From positions 1 to 47,783 of the IMG/VR virus record IMGVR_UViG_3300001201_000001: DNA of 47,783 nucleotides. One strand, 5' to 3'. The notes beneath the pieces are model-generated. The model was not told the DNA's origin and ran no database searches. It saw nothing but the letters and a program-made list of their open reading frames with translations. This document shows positions 43,910-47,783 of this stretch, in pieces. Source of the stretch: a virus. The position numbers were made by a program, and so were the translations under genes. The first letter of the stretch is position 1, and each line of letters starts with the position of its first letter.

Positions 43910-44330
43910 CCAAATCATAATCCCTATAAACATATACGGGAAGGGCTTAAGATGGCCAGCCGATGCGACTCGACTGACCGGATTAACACCTAAAAACCCA
44001 AATTCTTGAAGTGGCGGGGGAGTACACCCTACTCAACCCCGCAGAATCTACTTCAAAGTTTGCGGGTGCAACCGCGATGCCTTCAACGTTTCCCCGGAGG
44101 GGGCGTGTAGTTCCCGTCCGGTTGGTTTTGATAATGCTGGCGACTGGATTGGTCGCCTTCGTTGAAGGCCATGAGCGCAAGGTAGGAATCGAACCTACAC
44201 CGATAAAGCCGGAACCGCCTTGATCGTGGTGAGACATTAACACCAGGCGAACTCTACCGCAAACCCCCGAACGGGATGACTCGCGCAAGATACCGGGACG
44301 AACCCGGCACAAACAAACAATCATAATCTC
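43910..44330 (-). ncRNA. ORF-free, GC-hairpin-rich structured RNA locus (class unknown)
   Basis: About 420 nt between an AT-rich promoter-like region and a terminator. It has a long-range 10-bp helix (44160-44169 with 44079-44088) and an 11-bp bulged hairpin (44014-44042). Further hairpins are GGCGAC/GTCGCC and CCGGA/TCCGG. The only ORF (113 aa) has a junk-like composition. Confidence 0.55.
44174..44286 (-). ncRNA. tRNA-like element (113 nt); not a canonical tRNA
   Basis: Perfect T-arm GTAGG-TTCGATT-CCTAC (44182-44198). The 7-bp acceptor pairing is GCGCGAG (44280-44286) with CTTGCGC (44175-44181), and U8 is present. The span is about 37 nt too long, with a 9-nt anticodon-like loop and no canonical D-loop. 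Confidence 0.45.
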
Positions 44331-44375
44331 ATGAAAAAAAGACGACCTAAAAAATAATCTTTGATGTCATGGGAC

Positions 44376-44390
44376 TTTGATGGGATCAAA
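44376..44390. promoter_or_regulatory. inverted repeat TTTGAT-GGG-ATCAAA (operator-like) upstream of the RNA locus
   Basis: Further TTTGAT/ATCAAA half-sites at 44360-44365 and 44411-44416. Confidence 0.3.
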
Positions 44391-44493
44391 TAAATCTATC
44401 TCTGTGTAAGATCAAACCCCGGCGTTCCGGGTATTTGCTTTCGTTTGACTTCGTGAAGATAGGGGGAATTTTAACGGGTGCCAAATCCGTCAG

Positions 44494-44835
44494 CTACATC
44501 GCGTCAACGATGGGGACCGGCGTATCATTCCACACCAGGCAAACGCCCCCCATCCGAAGGTGTTCGGCGTAAAGATTGCGGACCTTTTTCATGGTCAAAT
44601 CCATGTCGGGGTATTGCGCTTTGTCGTTGGCTAGGATGCGGTCCCAGTCCTTGATGTCCTTCGGGATAATCCACTCGCCTATCGGTTCGCCTTCAAATTC
44701 CCGGTACATCCCGGACCCCGCCCGCTTGCCACACTTCGGGCAAGTGATGAACATGGGGGAGGTTCCTTCGTCTCGGTGTTCGGTCGGTAGCTTGTGGCCA
44801 TCGACGCAGGTGTATTGGTTTCTAAGTAGTGCCAT
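44494..44835 (-). CDS. hypothetical protein (possible zinc ribbon)
   Basis: 113 aa; CVDGH and CPKC pairs. Confidence 0.65.
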   Translation of the reverse strand: MALLRNQYTCVDGHKLPTEHRDEGTSPMFITCPKCGKRAGSGMYREFEGEPIGEWIIPKDIKDWDRILANDKAQYPDMDLTMKKVRNLYAEHLRMGGVCLVWNDTPVPIVDAM

Positions 44836-44844
44836 CGTTTCGAA

Positions 44845-45144
44845 TTATTTATTGGTGTAGTAAGCGGCGGCGGCGCTTCGGATTTGTAGTTGCCGCTGGT
44901 GGGTGAGTTCGTCTGTTTCTGCCTGGTAAAGTTCCGCCGTCTTGCGAACCCCTTTCAGGGTTGGCCACCATTTTCCGGGACCACGATGAAGGTCGGAAAC
45001 GAATCCGTCCCGCTTTAGTCCGGCGAGTGCATTTCTGACGACGGGAAGTTTCAGTCCCGTCCAGAGGACGATCAAGGTCACGTCATGACTTCGGGTGGTG
45101 GCCGCAAGGCTGGCCAGGATAACACGTTGCGCGTCGGTGATCAT
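44845..45144 (-). CDS. winged-helix DNA-binding protein candidate
   Basis: Start set at ATG 45144 (ATGA overlap with the upstream stop). ITDAQRVILASLA...LPVVRNALAGLKRDGFV is MarR-like wHTH. 99 aa. Confidence 0.5.
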   Translation of the reverse strand: MITDAQRVILASLAATTRSHDVTLIVLWTGLKLPVVRNALAGLKRDGFVSDLHRGPGKWWPTLKGVRKTAELYQAETDELTHQRQLQIRSAAAAYYTNK

Positions 45145-45485
45145 TCGTTTGGAAATTGTTCCCACAATTCACGCTCGGCGGTGATGTGTAGGATCATTGC
45201 GTAATTGGTGCCGGGCTTTACTGTCGCGTAGATGTCTTCGTGGTATCGTACCCGATGGTGCTTTTCCATTTCGGTAAAAAACTGGCGCAACTTGTAAGCG
45301 GACTCCCATCCGTTCTTTTCGTTCACGCCCAAACGGACAGTGACTCGTTCGGTGACTTCGGGGATTTGAATACCGCCGCCAAATTGCCTCCGGAATGGTT
45401 CTTGTTCGTAGTCGGTTTGTATGTGTTCAATTCCCGGAAGAAAGTCCCGGCGCTGAAGGGCTTGAAATATATCCGGCTTGTTCAT
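45141..45485 (-). CDS. hypothetical protein
   Basis: 114-aa ORF, ATGA-coupled at both ends. Confidence 0.7.
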   Translation of the reverse strand: MNKPDIFQALQRRDFLPGIEHIQTDYEQEPFRRQFGGGIQIPEVTERVTVRLGVNEKNGWESAYKLRQFFTEMEKHHRVRYHEDIYATVKPGTNYAMILHITAERELWEQFPNE

Positions 45486-45961
45486 CGGTTCGGTGTTATG
45501 ACAACCCGAGTCGTCCGCTTGATGTGTGGATCGTCGTCATTGATAGTGAACGATTTGAATTGGTTCCCGGCTTCGTAAGCATCCGGGAAGATGAACCGTC
45601 GGCTGAAGGTGACGACGATATCTTCGTGCTTCATTTTTACCGGCCACCTACGAAGCCATGACGCGGGGAAGTGTTGGAGTTTAAAGTGGTCCCACCAGGT
45701 CGCGGGGTTTTCGGTGTGAACTTTGGCCTCTTCTTTTTTCACTTCGGCCAGCAGTTCACCTTTGACCCGTAGGACGTAGTTACGGAAAACGGTCCCGCCA
45801 ATGACCGGTATTCCCGCAAATCCGTTGCGGCCTTGGTTTTCAAAAATCCATTTTTGTACCTGTTCGGGATTAAATTCTTGCTCAAATTCAAATTTCACGT
45901 TTTCCAGGACGACTTCGTTAATGGTTCTCGTCAAGTCTTCTCGGCTATGATAGTTGGACAT
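45482..45961 (-). CDS. hypothetical protein
   Basis: 159 aa from ATG 45961; the ORF-track extension to 46096 covers an intergenic hairpin region. Confidence 0.65.
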   Translation of the reverse strand: MSNYHSREDLTRTINEVVLENVKFEFEQEFNPEQVQKWIFENQGRNGFAGIPVIGGTVFRNYVLRVKGELLAEVKKEEAKVHTENPATWWDHFKLQHFPASWLRRWPVKMKHEDIVVTFSRRFIFPDAYEAGNQFKSFTINDDDPHIKRTTRVVITPNR

Positions 45962-46002
45962 TGTTAAAGATTTGTGATGTGATAGGATTCCGAGCGGGGT
46001 CA

Positions 46003-46039
46003 GTGGCCGATTTCCTTTTGCAAGGCTTCCCCCGGCCAC
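46003..46039 (-). other. bipartite hairpin with a GNRA (GCAA) tetraloop in a 174-nt intergenic gap
   Basis: Outer stem GTGGCCG/CGGCCAC (46003-46009/46033-46039); inner stem CCTT/AAGG around GCAA on the coding strand. Confidence 0.5.
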
Positions 46040-46135
46040 CTTCCCTGAAAAACTCGGATTATTTTTTGCGGATGCGGATGGAGTCGTTAAGCGCATAGAA
46101 GCCCGCTAAGGCCATAACTCCTAGCGCCAAGTATG

Positions 46136-46564
46136 TCAACCCTCCCATTCTTCCATAATTTCACCAGGCGGGCGGCGCTGGCCACTCCAGCGGGATAACG
46201 CGACGGCCGCAAGGTGTAAGGTTTCAAATTTAAAGGAACGGCGGTCAGTTCCTTCGATGTCCCTGACGACAACGCCGGAGCCATCGTCTTCCCGGATCAG
46301 TCCGCAAAGACCATGAGCCGGGGCGTACCGAAGGATTTCATATTGATCGTGCCAATGCTTTCCGGTGTGGCCGGAATCCCATCCGAGGCTAATGTCATCG
46401 ATGAAGCATTTGACCGCGTCGTCATTTCGGAAGTCTTCCCAGTCACCTTTGGGATGAAACACCACGTAGGGGTTCGCGCCGTAGGTCGTTTTGACCACCC
46501 CCATTTGTTCGTCGCGGGTGACCAATAGGCCGGGGCTGATAAATTGTTTCGTCAGTTCAATCAT
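46136..46564 (-). CDS. hypothetical protein
   Basis: 142-aa ORF; ATGA overlap with the upstream gene. Confidence 0.7.
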   Translation of the reverse strand: MIELTKQFISPGLLVTRDEQMGVVKTTYGANPYVVFHPKGDWEDFRNDDAVKCFIDDISLGWDSGHTGKHWHDQYEILRYAPAHGLCGLIREDDGSGVVVRDIEGTDRRSFKFETLHLAAVALSRWSGQRRPPGEIMEEWEG

Positions 46565-47649
46565 TTCGATTTTGATTTAAGTCGTTTTTTAAAGTCTTTC
46601 TCCCGCGCCTTTTTTTCGGCGGCGGCGATTCGGTCGGCCTTCATTCTCACGATGTCAGCAATCACATCGGAGACGGTTCGATATACGACGAGGGTGGCCG
46701 CGTCTCGGCTGTGTTCGTTGTTCCCGCGCTTGGCGGGGAATCCACACCAGTCTTCGAACTGGACTGCGGTGGACTTCGTGGCGTATGGGATAGCGCTAAG
46801 TTTGCGGAGCGTTTTGATCGTCTTCCCCTTGATGGTCGTCTCTTTGTAGGCTTTCTTCCGGGAAGATGGCGCGACTTCAAAAACAGGAACACCGCTGTCG
46901 TGTAGTTTCTTGATCAAGTATTTCCCGGCGGCTTGGTTTTCGCCAACATTGCGGCTACTTTTAAACTGGCTCCGGACGATGGTGGCCATGTCTTCAAAGT
47001 TCATCTTTCCCCGCATGACCTGGGTGATGGCCCACTTGCATTTTTGCCAAGCGTTGAAGCTGACGGAATCCAAGGCGGGGTTTTCTACGACGGCCACCGC
47101 ACGGTTGAGGTCCGTCGATTCGCAGACCCACTTGATGACGCTGTCGAAGTCGGACGTGTACAGGGTCAGGTGTCCGGTCGCGGGGACGTACCTGGCCACC
47201 CCCATCGTTATCCAAGATGGATCGAAGCCAATCAAGATATCGCGGTCCGGTGTGTTTGAGTCTACCATAGTTGGGGAATTGGGTGGCCGAAATATAACCA
47301 CATTAGGAAAAGGATGAAGCCCGCGCCGAGGTGTTGTTGTAGATCGTAGATGAACCAGGTGTAAGGGATGGCGAACAACAACGCTGTGGATTCGCTTTTC
47401 GTGTTTCCTAGCGTTCCGAAGACGAAGACAAGCGAAGGGGATGGGGATCAAGAAACCTGGGACCGATTCGTTTATTTCCTTCATCCGGCGGGGCATCTTA
47501 TTCGTGATTCCGGTTTTGGATAGGAACAGCAGGGGGAAGTGGAGGCAGTTGTAAACCGTGTCCCGGCGGTTCAACAACTTCGCGGCCTGGCGGTCTTTCT
47601 TATTTAGCCAGCGGCCGAACTTGGTGGTCTTTCTCTTGCGGCGCTTCAT
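46561..47649 (-). CDS. two-domain nuclease candidate: N-terminal GIY-YIG-like (T5orf172-like) plus C-terminal RuvC-like resolvase domain
   Basis: 362 aa. The N-terminal segment LFLSKTGITNKMPRRMKEINESVPG..ARKHEKRIH is T5orf172-like. The C-terminal segments ILIGFDPSWITMGVA, VVENP and NEHSRDAATL fit RuvC-type carboxylate motifs. Confidence 0.5.
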   Translation of the reverse strand: MKRRKRKTTKFGRWLNKKDRQAAKLLNRRDTVYNCLHFPLLFLSKTGITNKMPRRMKEINESVPGFLIPIPFACLRLRNARKHEKRIHSVVVRHPLHLVHLRSTTTPRRGLHPFPNVVIFRPPNSPTMVDSNTPDRDILIGFDPSWITMGVARYVPATGHLTLYTSDFDSVIKWVCESTDLNRAVAVVENPALDSVSFNAWQKCKWAITQVMRGKMNFEDMATIVRSQFKSSRNVGENQAAGKYLIKKLHDSGVPVFEVAPSSRKKAYKETTIKGKTIKTLRKLSAIPYATKSTAVQFEDWCGFPAKRGNNEHSRDAATLVVYRTVSDVIADIVRMKADRIAAAEKKAREKDFKKRLKSKSK

Positions 47650-47783
47650 ATATCCAAGCGGGTTTGCGTGGCCTTCACTTTCTTGGCGTGTCGGTCGATG
47701 ATGGCCTGGTATTCTTTGTCCGTCATTTCGGTCAGGATGTCGCGGGCCATTTCGAGTCGGGTAAATTGATTGTTGGCGTGGTG
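47646..47783 (-). CDS. hypothetical protein; C-terminal part of the ORF that crosses the window ends (47735..47783 duplicates 1..49)
   Basis: The sequence LTEMTDKEYQAIIDRHAKKVKATQTRLDI-stop follows in frame from position 1. TGA 47646-47648 overlaps ATG 47649-47647 of the next gene. Confidence 0.6.
   Translation of the reverse strand, partial: HHANNQFTRLEMARDILTEMTDKEYQAIIDRHAKKVKATQTRLDI
47735..47783. repeat. 49-bp terminal direct repeat, identical to 1..49
   Basis: See the first feature. Confidence 0.95.

Noticed and set aside
44174-44286. Calling this a bona fide tRNA gene, or an attP-type tRNA fragment
   Set aside because: The T-arm and acceptor pairing are convincing, but the element is 113 nt long. 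It has no canonical D-loop, a 9-nt anticodon-like loop lacking the usual context, and no encoded CCA, so no isotype can be assigned. The attP idea lacks support because no integrase, excisionase or repressor is recognisable anywhere in the genome.
43983-44324. 113-aa minus-strand ORF covering the large non-coding interval
   Set aside because: Its composition is junk-like and rich in R/S/G/C. It reads straight through a consensus T-arm and several long GC helices, and it is bounded by a promoter-like AT stretch and a terminator. An RNA locus is the better interpretation.

Overview
The window is a complete tailed dsDNA phage genome. Its first and last 49 bp are identical and an 80-codon ORF reads in frame across the ends, so the unique length is 47,734 bp. 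It looks siphovirus-like: a 1,011-aa tape measure is present and I recognised no sheath protein. I call 58 protein genes, one split across the window ends, all on the minus strand. They are tightly packed, with at least 11 four-nt ATGA/GTGA start-stop overlaps, and none has a Shine-Dalgarno sequence. Order along the coding strand (high to low coordinates): small early genes, a winged-helix protein and a GIY-YIG-like/RuvC-like nuclease (47.6-44.5 kb). Next is an ORF-free, terminator-bounded structured-RNA locus of about 430 nt with a tRNA-like module (44.33-43.87 kb), followed by a lysis region with a CHAP/NlpC-P60-type endolysin (43.9-42.5 kb). Then come a 534-aa DNA methyltransferase, the small and large terminase subunits, portal, scaffold and major capsid. 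These are followed by neck and tail genes, the tape measure, distal tail proteins, a tail fibre and a 1,907-aa collagen-repeat fibre (42.5-17.2 kb). A block of membrane-associated proteins follows (17.2-13.0 kb). The last block is replication, recombination and nucleotide metabolism (12.8-0.15 kb): a DnaD-like initiator with an embedded iteron origin, a YqaJ exonuclease, a PAPS-reductase-like PP-loop ATPase, a MazG-like protein, a deoxyribosyltransferase-like protein and a second methyltransferase. I found no integrase, repressor, polymerase, helicase, reverse transcriptase, CRISPR array or canonical tRNA. The most unusual signals are non-coding. (1) An invariant AATCAATTCGAC box sits 0-5 nt upstream of at least 12 start codons. 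(2) Two roughly 133-bp, 90%-identical terminator/promoter/leader cassettes precede unrelated genes. (3) Four 16-bp palindromes at exact 22-bp spacing, next to AT-rich 13-mers, lie inside the initiator gene. (4) The tRNA-like structured RNA locus. Host assignment to Bacteroidota is only a weak inference, based on SD-less leaders, a TAnnTTTG-like box, signal-peptide style and a DUF2693-like protein.
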